From: a virus | IMG/VR virus record: IMGVR_UViG_3300045119_000200 | Location: 1 to 64,000 of that record | Reading direction: 5' to 3' (one strand) | DNA length: 64,000 bases | Shown here: positions 37,901-46,507 of the stretch, piece by piece | How positions within the stretch are numbered: the stretch's first letter is position 1 | How the letters are laid out: every line of letters begins with the position of its first letter | Notes under the pieces: model-generated | Database searches by the model: none | Seen by the model: only the letters and a program-made list of their open reading frames with translations | What the model was told of the DNA's origin: nothing | Position numbers and translations under genes: made by a program

Positions 37901-40900
37901 AAGGTCCTGCGGGAGCAGAAGGCAAAGCCGGCAGCGGGGAAACCGAGAACAAGAAGACAGAAACGTTAATAAAAGATCCAGCTGTAGTAGAACGTCTTAA
38001 AAAGGCAGGAGTTACAGATGAAATATTAGCAGCACTTCCGGAGAATTTCCATATCAATGATAGATTGTTGATGGGAGATAAAGACGAACCATTAATGCAA
38101 AGACTTGCTGAATCGACTTATGTAGGAGGACGAAGCTATAACACTGTTACAACTTCTGAAGGAAGAGTAACTAAATATGATAACGCTCGTGTAGATCTTA
38201 ATAGAATATTAGGATTTATTTACGGAACAAAAGATCGTAATACTGTTCATGAAGCGGCTCACGCTGCTACGATTGTAGCGATGAATGATATCAAAGTTTA
38301 TAATGAACTTCCGGATAATAAAAAGGATGGTCGTTATACACCAGAACAGGCGGATGCAGTTGATAGCTTGGAATTCTTTGCTAAATACATGAAAGAGAAG
38401 TTAGATACAGGTAAGATCAAAGCTGATGGAGTAAGTACTTATGGATTGACAAACGGGTTTGAATTTGTTGCTGAATTCATGTCTAATAAAAAATTCAGAA
38501 ATTGGATATTGACTTCAGAATATGAAGCAGGTATTAAACAAAATAAAGAACAAAATATTGTTAGATCGATCTATGACAAAATTATGACAGTGATTGGTCT
38601 TAAATCTAAAGACAAAGAGGTTCTTGTAAAAGACATGGGATTCCAGAAAGATATTGAAAGAGACATCAATACTCTTCTTGAACACCAAAGAAGAATTTAC
38701 GGAGAAGCTGAGTTTTTAACCCCTGCTGAACGTGATAGATTAATAAACGAACAAAAAGCTAAAGATGAATCGACCAAAACAGAAAATTCCGGAACAGAGT
38801 CAACGCCAAAAGAAACAGAAAGAACTCCTGTATCAGAAGAAAAGAAAGCAAAAATAAATGATATTGATCAACGTCGAGATTTAGAACTCAACAAACTTGA
38901 TGAACCGTTACATCCGGTTGAAGGAGTTACAGAGAACTACGAACAGGCGATGAAAGATTATAAGGAGAAACTTGATAAGTACAATAACGAATTCGAAGCG
39001 ATTGATGCAAAATATGATGCTGAGATTGATGCGATTGATACTACTCCTAAATCTGAACCATATGAAGGTGCTGCTGAAATTCACAAGAACTCAAAGGAAC
39101 TTACTGAAATAGGAACCGATCAAGAATACAAGGAGTATTTAAAAACAGTTTTTCCAGAAAGTTCAATGACAGATGTGGTTCATCATTTGACTAAACATGA
39201 CTTCGAAGCTTTTGAAAGAAAACCTGAAGGTGAAACAAATAAAACAGAAACTGAAGGTATTCATTTTGTGGAAGAGCAAGCCGTAGAAGAATATAAAAAT
39301 GTTTTCGGTAAGAATAAAAAATCTGTAATATTAGATTTTAAAAATCCTATATACACAGAAGCTAATGTTAAGACTGCTGAAAAATTAGAATTTTTAACTA
39401 AGGATGGAATCAAAGAATTTGAAGAAAAAGGATATGATTCAGGAATTATAGTAAGGAAAAAAGATACTGAATATGTCGCTTTTCATCCTGAACAAATTCA
39501 CATTCTTGGAAGTAAAAAAGATGCTGAGGATTTCAGAAAATGGAAAGAAGGGAAAACTCCACCGGATGATTTCAGTCGAATTGATTTATCAGAGCAACTC
39601 GGAATCAATAAGGTGAACGATTTCTTAGATGGATTGAATAAAAAGCTTGATGACTTTGGTAAAGACAACTTGGGGATGAATATCCCTGTAGTTGTTCTTA
39701 AAGGAGCGTTGACTGCAATGAGAGGTGCTGTTAAAACCGCTAAAGTAGGGGCAGATGTAATTTCTGCTGGTTTGAATCACGTTCGTGAAACAAGTTGGTA
39801 TAAAAAATTATCTGATGAACAGAAGAAAGAATTTGAAGACAAAGGAATATTGGCTCACTTTGACGATTTACAAAACAAAAAGGCTGCTGAAGCTGTTGTA
39901 AAAAATCAAACTGAAGGTAAATCAAAACCTGTTAAAACTCAGGTGAGAGAATCTTCAGGACAAGCGGATACTTCTAAGAAAGTAAATATTTCTGAAAAAG
40001 GAATGCTTCGTGAGAAATTCAAAAACTTACAGAGAGGTTTTAAAACCGGTGCTAAAGAAGTTCAAGAATTGAAAAAAGGATTCATTGATCAATTGAAAGA
40101 AGACATCAAAGGTCTTGGAAAAGATATGAACCAAGGGGAAATCAATTCGTTACTTAATCAGGTTGGAAAAATCAATGATAAAAACATTGCTGAGGTAGAA
40201 GCTGTTGTGAACAGAGTGATCGATAAGATCGAAGCCCGTCAGGATCGTAAAGAATTATCTTCTTTGAAAAACTCTTTGAAGAAGTTCGGTAAATCTAAAG
40301 GAAAAGCAGTCCCAAGAAATATCAGAGATCTTGCTCAAAATGCTACGATTATTGACGAAAGATATTTATCTGAGAAAAGTAGAGAGGAATATAAGGACGT
40401 ACTGGCTGAAATTAGGGATACATTTCGACCAAGCAGGGACGATAATTATAGAATGGTAGATTATGATCGGGCGATGGATAAACTGGCAAAATTGAACGAA
40501 GAGTCGGAAGCTGCTAAAGTGGAAGAATTGGTGGAAAAAATGGGAATTGATGTAACTGGATTGACAACTAAGGAAATCAAAGATCTTTGGAGAGAAGAAA
40601 ATGCAGACTTATACGCTGAGAATTTATCTGAAAAAAAACAAAAAGAAGCACATGATGCTTTTATAAATCAAGCTGAGTATTCTCAAATTGGTTTAGAATA
40701 TGCTGAAACAGATGGGATGACCGGTAAAGAGAAAGCAGCTTTGAAAGTTTTGAAAGAAATGAAGTTCAAAGATCTTCCTTTGGAAACGATCAAACAATAT
40801 ATCAAGATTGCTGACAACATTATAACCAATAAAGATTTCTCTAATGCAGGAGCGATCGTTGCTAAAGTAAAAGCTGACAGAAATGTTGCTTCATTCATCA

Positions 40901-43440
40901 ACTACATCAATTCCAAAGGGATTAAACCTAAAAGAATTGACAGAGATCAAAATGCAGATTCAATTCTTGGTGTTCCAGTTTCATCTGTGATCAATCCTTT
41001 AGAATGGGTTAAACATGGTGTTGATTATATGACAACTCTTAATGTGTTCATGGAAGGTGTGATGGGCGGATCTGAAGCCGGTGCGAAGTTGTATAACGAT
41101 GCAGGATTCTTTGATATGTCGAATGCGAGAGTAAGAGCCACTGTAAGAAAAACGAATTTCGATAATTATTACAATGGTTTGGTTCATAAGCTTTCTAAGA
41201 AAAATCCAGCAATCACCGAAGGGAAAGAAGTTGTAAAACGATCTATCTTCGGAACATTGTTACAAGCCGATAGAGAATCTTCGGAAAATATGGAGTTTTA
41301 TAAAAAGTCATATATTGAGAAATCAATCAAATCATTGGAAGCATATTCCAGTAACAAACAGGCTCAGGCCAAGATTGAGATCTTGAAAGAAACTTTGAAC
41401 CAATTGAAAGACGTAAATACGAAAGAAGAGTTAATCGACTATCTGAAAACAAATGAACCAGATAACTTCCGTTTATTAAAAGCAGCAAGTGATTATTTCC
41501 TAAGACATTCTCAGGAATTCTCTGATAACTCTTATTTCAACCATGGTGAAAGATTTGATCCACGTACAGCAGATGATTTCTATTTACCACTTACACGTCA
41601 ATCGTTGGTAAATAAATCAATGAGAACTAAAGTTGATGAAGTGAAGGGAACTGTAGCAAGTAGTTTCAATCGTCCTTCTCAGGCGATGTCTGGATCAGTA
41701 TTTTCAAGAGAAAGACAGGCCAGACTTCAGGAGAGCGAAACGATTAATTTCGACTTCGATTCAATGGTAAGTAATAAAATGGGAGAGCAACTTTATGACA
41801 TGGAGTCAGCACAAGAGATTTTAAAAATGAAAGCTATCCTTACACATCCGGAAATGAAGAAAGCATTCGGTTCAACAATAGCCAGTTTAACTGACAAAGC
41901 GTTGGATAAGATTGCGATTGATTCTGGTGTAGCGATGAACTCTTCAACAAACATTGAAAAGAACATCATTAAGATCGAAAGAGTTACCAGAAAGATTGCT
42001 TCAGTGAATGCTCTTGGTGGTGTAGATCAGTATTTAAAACAGTATCCTTCCGTTATTATCGGAGCCGGTATTCGTTTGGGAAGAGATATGCATCTTTTAC
42101 CAAAATATATGTTCACCAACAAAGCTGATATCGAACTTTTGAAAATGAGTTCAATCAGAATGAGAAAAGAAGCAGATGCCGGAACGAAAAGAGTTTCTGA
42201 TGATGTGAAGTTCACTGAGTTGTCTGTAGCGGAAAGAAACGCTGTGCAACGTGTAGCAGTTGATCTATCAAAAGGTCTGGGGATTGGAATAGACAAAGCG
42301 AGAGAGATCTCAATGTTGTCATTAAGAATGGGTGACGTTAATGCAGCGGGTACAACGTTCTTGGCTTATTACCATTCATTCCTTTTAAAACATGGAGTGA
42401 AGGAAGCAGACATTGACATGAGAACTGAACACGCTAAAGTTGAAACAGATCCTGTGAGAAAAGATGCGTTAGCTTATGCACAACATATGATCAACACGAC
42501 TCAGACTTCTTCTGACTTATCTGAAGGATCAAAAATGGCAACATCTCCTCACGTTATGGCGAAGATCATGAGTGGAATTTTGATTCCGTTCTCTACGTTC
42601 TCAAATAACGCTATGATCCGTTTGGCGAAAGCTGTGGGAAATGTGAGTAGAAGTCCTAAAGAAAATTCGAAAGAAATTGCTGCATCTCTAACCGAGATTG
42701 TTGCATTCCAATCGATTAAAGCTTTAGCGATTGCTCCGGCCGCTGCGATTATAGGAAGTTTGATTTTCGGAGGTGATGATGAAGAACAGGAAAATGTTGT
42801 TGACTGGGCTTTCCAAGTAAATAAAATGGCTTCAGGTGTTATCGGTGACGTTAACCCTGCTCCGGATTCATTTGATATCGATGCGATCAACTACATGGTT
42901 TATTTGAAAAACCGTGATAAGATCAAAGAACAGATTGGATGGGAAGGAGATTTTTCATATCGTGATTATGATATATGGAGAAAGAAATCAGCTGCGAATG
43001 CTAAGAAGAAAGGATTGGCTACACCAGAAGTTCCTTACCATTTCTACAGATTTGGTGATCAGGACGGATGGGATGTCATGAATGGAGCAAAATCAGATCT
43101 TGGGATGTATGACATTCCTAAGAAACAGGTTGAGCGAACAGTTGAAGCTTGGGATGTATTACTTGACGGTAAGAAAGAAGGTTATAATGATTTTGGTGGA
43201 AAAGAAACATACAACTTTGGTGATGAACATAGAAATTTATTAATGTTCTACACATTGTATGAAACTGCTGCATCAATTGGTTTATCAGATGCTACAAGCC
43301 GAAGAATGATTGAGAAGCAATTTGATAAAATCAAACGTGAATCTAAAGAGGATAAAGACAAGAAATCTAATCCTAAGAAAGATAATTACAAAAGTTTTGG
43401 AAAAGATTCTTATGGTGCCAGTGGGTACGGAAAGTTATAA
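34924..43440 (+). CDS. Giant virion ejection / polyvalent protein with zincin-like and ADP-ribosyltransferase-like domains
   Basis: 2838 aa; HEAAH...EFVAE (38248-38475); HH.T..DFEAF..GIHF..NP..GYD..EYVAF.P.QI (~39160-39520). Confidence 0.75.
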   Translation: MDEFNEQVNPTDNATPNQSGISGNGEDPKLNPKDKERLTKAVMQMTNDGIDDETIKKAVSNFKNKYGIKPAATPKPVETKPVGATAVSEPIQKPTTQPNPEQPEIGGTVSPKTDSNPKEVGKPTLEVGEVKSEGIVPERPTTYQGLPITYGETDDSGVVDFGNGINLPASVLPKEEKAQPVIRVAEYISSLGPDGKQPVDITGQTITKDAENKMYEDWQTKGWGKIVKTDENTGRFIFAPNEEGRDKIKKVYEEQLGYNKPMKEEEGDFLGEYAADIHKKYGVLLTNEDRAKLGTKEGRDSLEIDLQAKQLVKNNPNLSYDQAWDQVANEYSINSNETSRDLASNFFYERLTQMRWGKDEDTKDEAEWIKSTMGNQDMMQQFGQFLQSDEGKAYSTSTNKFLSTMNQKDMKDVVNAFFQYENKQNMINTQANIEQYKDTQAKLVNSAKSGNVDEARQVLQSLNESGEKIRSNDTQAQNLFLQQQAINGVFTEANYWEDKAGEYYGDVENGKRTVENVINGSSLMATNAVKRTAGGILSVFLSPMTMMGDENKQDYYDLVRAMGKPLEMKGVKLHDAFYSQEVGKDKNGIEYVRLDDGKVYQRTEDGQMQYLTKEEYDLNDIKFDKTEHEWSTTGIANAVQSFGWDVYMAGGIGNVVTKPIAALSEYAAVANATKNLARAGVAIGEESAVTRGLANFTRAMRSPHTATNAGFFTQMYQDNLIKAKDAGIESDLGASMYATLNSAFDSFLISKVVPEFKMGQLNNQVRAITRNLAENKMASASQGMYNFLKETAPNMAHTYLTMLAIETKTKLTDTNLNTLTDAHFNVDNSESIFASSAKGALPLVLFSMISKSPMMMRNKAVLNEQLVDLSKMDKDQIMVSLARQGDHIFPLLKNEAQNAYFKSYGDEVNNIADRIKEKQVLIQKIPNYEKYSDKDLTDMTDLMELKQKKQTEIDNADGAFKSSLNKDIKNIDLQIEEIANGKTGTSTKTGSEKGPAGAEGKAGSGETENKKTETLIKDPAVVERLKKAGVTDEILAALPENFHINDRLLMGDKDEPLMQRLAESTYVGGRSYNTVTTSEGRVTKYDNARVDLNRILGFIYGTKDRNTVHEAAHAATIVAMNDIKVYNELPDNKKDGRYTPEQADAVDSLEFFAKYMKEKLDTGKIKADGVSTYGLTNGFEFVAEFMSNKKFRNWILTSEYEAGIKQNKEQNIVRSIYDKIMTVIGLKSKDKEVLVKDMGFQKDIERDINTLLEHQRRIYGEAEFLTPAERDRLINEQKAKDESTKTENSGTESTPKETERTPVSEEKKAKINDIDQRRDLELNKLDEPLHPVEGVTENYEQAMKDYKEKLDKYNNEFEAIDAKYDAEIDAIDTTPKSEPYEGAAEIHKNSKELTEIGTDQEYKEYLKTVFPESSMTDVVHHLTKHDFEAFERKPEGETNKTETEGIHFVEEQAVEEYKNVFGKNKKSVILDFKNPIYTEANVKTAEKLEFLTKDGIKEFEEKGYDSGIIVRKKDTEYVAFHPEQIHILGSKKDAEDFRKWKEGKTPPDDFSRIDLSEQLGINKVNDFLDGLNKKLDDFGKDNLGMNIPVVVLKGALTAMRGAVKTAKVGADVISAGLNHVRETSWYKKLSDEQKKEFEDKGILAHFDDLQNKKAAEAVVKNQTEGKSKPVKTQVRESSGQADTSKKVNISEKGMLREKFKNLQRGFKTGAKEVQELKKGFIDQLKEDIKGLGKDMNQGEINSLLNQVGKINDKNIAEVEAVVNRVIDKIEARQDRKELSSLKNSLKKFGKSKGKAVPRNIRDLAQNATIIDERYLSEKSREEYKDVLAEIRDTFRPSRDDNYRMVDYDRAMDKLAKLNEESEAAKVEELVEKMGIDVTGLTTKEIKDLWREENADLYAENLSEKKQKEAHDAFINQAEYSQIGLEYAETDGMTGKEKAALKVLKEMKFKDLPLETIKQYIKIADNIITNKDFSNAGAIVAKVKADRNVASFINYINSKGIKPKRIDRDQNADSILGVPVSSVINPLEWVKHGVDYMTTLNVFMEGVMGGSEAGAKLYNDAGFFDMSNARVRATVRKTNFDNYYNGLVHKLSKKNPAITEGKEVVKRSIFGTLLQADRESSENMEFYKKSYIEKSIKSLEAYSSNKQAQAKIEILKETLNQLKDVNTKEELIDYLKTNEPDNFRLLKAASDYFLRHSQEFSDNSYFNHGERFDPRTADDFYLPLTRQSLVNKSMRTKVDEVKGTVASSFNRPSQAMSGSVFSRERQARLQESETINFDFDSMVSNKMGEQLYDMESAQEILKMKAILTHPEMKKAFGSTIASLTDKALDKIAIDSGVAMNSSTNIEKNIIKIERVTRKIASVNALGGVDQYLKQYPSVIIGAGIRLGRDMHLLPKYMFTNKADIELLKMSSIRMRKEADAGTKRVSDDVKFTELSVAERNAVQRVAVDLSKGLGIGIDKAREISMLSLRMGDVNAAGTTFLAYYHSFLLKHGVKEADIDMRTEHAKVETDPVRKDALAYAQHMINTTQTSSDLSEGSKMATSPHVMAKIMSGILIPFSTFSNNAMIRLAKAVGNVSRSPKENSKEIAASLTEIVAFQSIKALAIAPAAAIIGSLIFGGDDEEQENVVDWAFQVNKMASGVIGDVNPAPDSFDIDAINYMVYLKNRDKIKEQIGWEGDFSYRDYDIWRKKSAANAKKKGLATPEVPYHFYRFGDQDGWDVMNGAKSDLGMYDIPKKQVERTVEAWDVLLDGKKEGYNDFGGKETYNFGDEHRNLLMFYTLYETAASIGLSDATSRRMIEKQFDKIKRESKEDKDKKSNPKKDNYKSFGKDSYGASGYGKL

Positions 43441-43447
43441 ACAAAGA

Positions 43448-43478
43448 AAAGGGAGATCAGAAATGACCTCCCTTTTTT
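43448..43478. terminator. Bidirectional terminator at junction of virion and replication modules
   Basis: AAAGGGAG.TC...GACCTCCCTTTTTT. Confidence 0.8.
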
Positions 43479-43479
43479 A

Positions 43480-43599
43480 TTACTTCTTTTTATATGCTTC
43501 CTTCTTCTCTACAGAAGCACGTTTTGATTTAGACATCGAAGCTTCACGCTTCTCTTCTTTTTTCGGTTCGGATTTCTCCGATAAAACTTTCTTTTTCAT
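43480..43599 (-). CDS. 39-aa Lys/Ser/Glu-rich peptide (not in ORF track)
   Basis: MKKKVLSEKSEPKKEEKREASMSKSKRASVEKKEAYKKK; own promoter TATATTTG at 43604-43611. Confidence 0.6.
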   Translation of the reverse strand: MKKKVLSEKSEPKKEEKREASMSKSKRASVEKKEAYKKK

Positions 43600-43630
43600 T
43601 TTACAAATATACGAATTTATTTTTAATTTA

Positions 43631-43756
43631 TTATAAATATCCTCCTTCAGTTAATCTAATGAATGCTTCACAGTCTGCCAAGCTTCCTTGGAAAAGTGAT
43701 TCTCCTTCAGAGTTAATCACTTCGTATGTCTGATCTTGATAAAATTGTACTTTCAT
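43631..43756 (-). CDS. 41-aa hypothetical protein (not in ORF track)
   Basis: MKVQFYQDQTYEVINSEGESLFQGSLADCEAFIRLTEGGYL. Confidence 0.6.
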   Translation of the reverse strand: MKVQFYQDQTYEVINSEGESLFQGSLADCEAFIRLTEGGYL

Positions 43757-43867
43757 ATTAATAAACAAATTATTAATGTTAATAATGCTGGAATAACTAC
43801 TATACCAATGACTGCATTAAAAGTATTTCCGAATGGCCAATTTGGTTCAGTAAATATCCAATGGTCT

Positions 43868-44089
43868 TTAAATTTCTTCTTCATCTTGTAAGTCCCCTGT
43901 TTTAATAATTAAACTTTTCTCAAATTCCTCCATACAGTTTACCGAACAAACGTTTACTTCGTAAAATTCTCCGTCGTAACATTGAACAGCTATTGATGGT
44001 TTTCCGGCTTTGATGTGTTTGTTACAATTTTCACACCATTTGTTTGAAGCCGTTTTCTTTATGTCTTTGGTTTCTATGATGTAACCCAT
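43868..44089 (-). CDS. Small zinc-finger protein
   Basis: CENC...CSVNC. Confidence 0.65.
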   Translation of the reverse strand: MGYIIETKDIKKTASNKWCENCNKHIKAGKPSIAVQCYDGEFYEVNVCSVNCMEEFEKSLIIKTGDLQDEEEI

Positions 44090-44694
44090 TTTTGATCGTT
44101 ATTTAGAATTCTTTTCAACTGTTCAATGTCGTGAGCATCTAAATAAAAGTTTGAGAACTGCATGACTGGTTCAGGAGTCGGTTCATCAACAGGCTGTTCT
44201 CTAACTTCAGTTTCGTAAACTGGTTCGAACCAAAGATCTAATACACCGGCTTTTCTAAGAATTTGTTCAATTGCGCCTTCTCCTACAGATGTTTTAAAAT
44301 TGCAACCTAATTGCCTTAAATTCGAATCGAAACAGGCGTTGAACCACATTTCAGCATCTTCGGCATTTAATATTTCTTTAACAGCACTATGATATTGAGG
44401 TTTGATCAATTTATACCCGTAAATTTTTTCTGTAATAATTTCCGGCTCTGATTGTTCCATCGGTTCATCCTCTGGAAGACGTTGCCATTCACCAAATGAT
44501 ATTCTCGTTAGATCGTCAAACATCATTAAACGGTGATCACCGTTGTCAAATTTATCTATCGACTCACCTCTTTTAGTAACGAAATCCCAATTTTTAAAAG
44601 TATGAGGATGATTAAAATAACTCATTATTTCACCAGCTTTCCCCGTTATGTCTCTAGGATTAAGGACAACTACATAATCTGATTGTTTTGTCAT
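44074..44694 (-). CDS. Hypothetical protein (start likely MTKQ at 44694)
   Basis: GYKLIKP.Y, AGVLDLWFEPVYE motif; the upstream in-frame extension overlaps a tRNA-like element. Confidence 0.7.
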   Translation of the reverse strand: MTKQSDYVVVLNPRDITGKAGEIMSYFNHPHTFKNWDFVTKRGESIDKFDNGDHRLMMFDDLTRISFGEWQRLPEDEPMEQSEPEIITEKIYGYKLIKPQYHSAVKEILNAEDAEMWFNACFDSNLRQLGCNFKTSVGEGAIEQILRKAGVLDLWFEPVYETEVREQPVDEPTPEPVMQFSNFYLDAHDIEQLKRILNNDQKWVTS

Positions 44695-44719
44695 AATAAA
44701 AATTTTTAAAATTAAAATT

Positions 44720-44803
44720 TGGGACGACTGTTGGATTCGAACCAACGATCTAGGCACTTGTTTTGTGTGGCCACCCTTGCTTTATCCACTAAGCTAAGTC
44801 GTC
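44720..44803 (-). tRNA. tRNA-like element with aberrant, expanded anticodon arm
   Basis: Perfect acceptor GACGACT/AGTCGTC, D arm GCTT..AAGC, T arm GTTGG-TTCGAAT-CCAAC, CCA end. Confidence 0.65.
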
Positions 44804-44805
44804 TT

Positions 44806-44874
44806 TGTAACCGATGAGGAATCGAACCTCCCTTGCTATTAGTTCACCGTGCTAACCAAATACACTTTACGGCC
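44806..44874 (-). pseudogene. Degenerate tRNA-like element
   Basis: T arm GAGG-TTCGATT-CCTC, D-like arm GTGT..GCAC, weak acceptor, collapsed anticodon arm. Confidence 0.5.
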
Positions 44875-44941
44875 GTGTGGACTTATGTATTTTAAGAACA
44901 ATGTTTATTGATCTAATGTGTTGGCTACATAAGCCCTGTTT

Positions 44942-45115
44942 TTATTGTTGTGATAATATTGATATTATCAAACAAATTATATACCAAACAATCATAACTA
45001 TGATCATATGTTTCTCTTTCTTTAATTTAATTCCTCCCATATCTGGTGAAAATAACATTATTATTAACCAGCTGGTGAAAAGGAATAATATAATTGATAA
45101 AATGAATGTAAGCAT
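44942..45115 (-). CDS. Small 2-TM membrane protein (not in ORF track)
   Basis: MLTFILSIILFLFTSWLIIMLFSPDMGG...; preceded by sigma54-like motif. Confidence 0.6.
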   Translation of the reverse strand: MLTFILSIILFLFTSWLIIMLFSPDMGGIKLKKEKHMIIVMIVWYIICLIISILSQQ

Positions 45116-45151
45116 TATTCTAATTATGGGTTATTTATATATACATTTCCT

Positions 45152-45166
45152 TCAAATTCCGTGCCA
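45152..45166 (-). promoter_or_regulatory. sigma54-like motif
   Basis: TGGCAC-GGAAT-TTGA on the minus strand, intergenic. Confidence 0.5.
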
Positions 45167-45228
45167 AAATAAATTCTGAGTAGATAATACTTAAAAATAT
45201 TTTAAATCGATAAATGAAAGAAATGTCG

Positions 45229-45867
45229 TTAAATCTTATTAAGTCTATCTCTTATAGCAGATTCATAAACGTAATAAGTTTTATCAAACAATTTCTCCGG
45301 ACTCAAAAAATCTTTATGAATAAACTTTCCGTCCTTTATCTTTTTCACCTTAAGATCTTCAGTGATATACAACAATCCGGCATAATCCGGAACTTCTTCA
45401 GGTTTAATCATTCCTTCAGGAACAGCGTAGAAAAATTTATTTGGTAGTTTTAAATTCTTTATTTCCCTGAATTCTATTGGTGAATAAGGAGTATAAGAAA
45501 GTCGTATGTCTGTATCTCCTCTTCTACTTCCATAACGATTATATTCCATTGCAATAACCAGTTCTGGAAAATTCCGGCAAAAATCCCAATCAGGGTCTGA
45601 TATAACTTTTGCTGAATCAGATCTTCTTTCAATGTAATGGGTATTACCGGAACCTTGCTTAGTTCGAACTTCATGACGAGGTTTCTTAAAATCTGCCTTA
45701 AAGTCAGATCGACTGATCTTCACTTCTATTTCGTAACAATAACCTGTCGGAAGAAAACTCAACCAGTCGCTTTCGTTATCGAAATAATAAACGTTGATGA
45801 ATTTATATTTATGTGATTCAAATTTATTCATCAACGCCTTCTGTATCTTTTTCTCTGTTAAAGCCAT
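45229..45867 (-). CDS. PD-(D/E)XK nuclease, MmcB-like
   Basis: ESD...YEIEVKISRSDF.ADF.K, NKFFYAVP, PDYAGL. Confidence 0.8.
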   Translation of the reverse strand: MALTEKKIQKALMNKFESHKYKFINVYYFDNESDWLSFLPTGYCYEIEVKISRSDFKADFKKPRHEVRTKQGSGNTHYIERRSDSAKVISDPDWDFCRNFPELVIAMEYNRYGSRRGDTDIRLSYTPYSPIEFREIKNLKLPNKFFYAVPEGMIKPEEVPDYAGLLYITEDLKVKKIKDGKFIHKDFLSPEKLFDKTYYVYESAIRDRLNKI

Positions 45868-46502
45868 TATTTTGTAACCTGTGGCATATTACGTTCAACA
45901 TTTCTCGGTCTCATTCTCCAATCATAATCTAATTCGTAATTGTGAGAATTTCCTTCGAGATCATATTTGTTTTTACTGAAGGAGATTTTAGCAAATGTTC
46001 TCATTCCTGCATAGTCCGATACATCATTTACTTTGTGAACGACATACTGATCAATCCTTGTCAGCATATTATCTCCGACAATAATATTGTTTTTAGGATC
46101 AGCCTGTTCTTTCATTTCACCTAATGATAGTGAATCATCCAGAGTCAGATTAAAATCACCTATGTTAAATATCGTTGGTTGATGATCGCTCCAAACATAA
46201 ACAATGTCATCTGTTAGAAATCCGTCACAATGCCATCCTTGACGATTCATTCTGAAAGCAGGTGAAACAAATTGTTTCTTCGCTGTAATGTACATGAAAT
46301 GATCTACAAATGTTGCATGACCATATTCATTTTTAAAATCGGCTATTGCTCTATCAATCAGTTCTTCGAAAGGTTTCAATCTTTCTTCAAGAACGTAGTG
46401 TTCTTCTCTTGGAAATTTGATGGGCATATCTTGATACAACATCATTTCCTTTACGTCCAATTGAATATAATCTATTGGCTCTGGGTGTTTTCCGTATTTC
46501 AT
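45867..46502 (-). CDS. 2OG-Fe(II) dioxygenase-like protein
   Basis: GWHCDG (HxD), distal H (VVH), R.F. Confidence 0.65.
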   Translation of the reverse strand: MKYGKHPEPIDYIQLDVKEMMLYQDMPIKFPREEHYVLEERLKPFEELIDRAIADFKNEYGHATFVDHFMYITAKKQFVSPAFRMNRQGWHCDGFLTDDIVYVWSDHQPTIFNIGDFNLTLDDSLSLGEMKEQADPKNNIIVGDNMLTRIDQYVVHKVNDVSDYAGMRTFAKISFSKNKYDLEGNSHNYELDYDWRMRPRNVERNMPQVTK

Positions 46503-46507
46503 AGGTT

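Noticed and set aside
42862-42885. DSFDID in the giant protein as an RNA polymerase catalytic motif
   Set aside because: Lacks the first Asp at the right spacing, lies in a helical C-terminal region, and no other RNAP motifs were recognised.
35431-42890. Many antisense or alternate-frame ORFs inside the giant gene and other long genes
   Set aside because: Shadow ORFs produced by codon bias of the real genes.
44695-44757. N-terminal extension of ORF 44074-44757
   Set aside because: Runs through the tRNA-like element; the ATG at 44694 has the typical A-rich context.
44830-44850. Amber suppressor tRNA (CUA) and stop-codon recoding
   Set aside because: No proper anticodon stem, and long genes are intact under the standard code.
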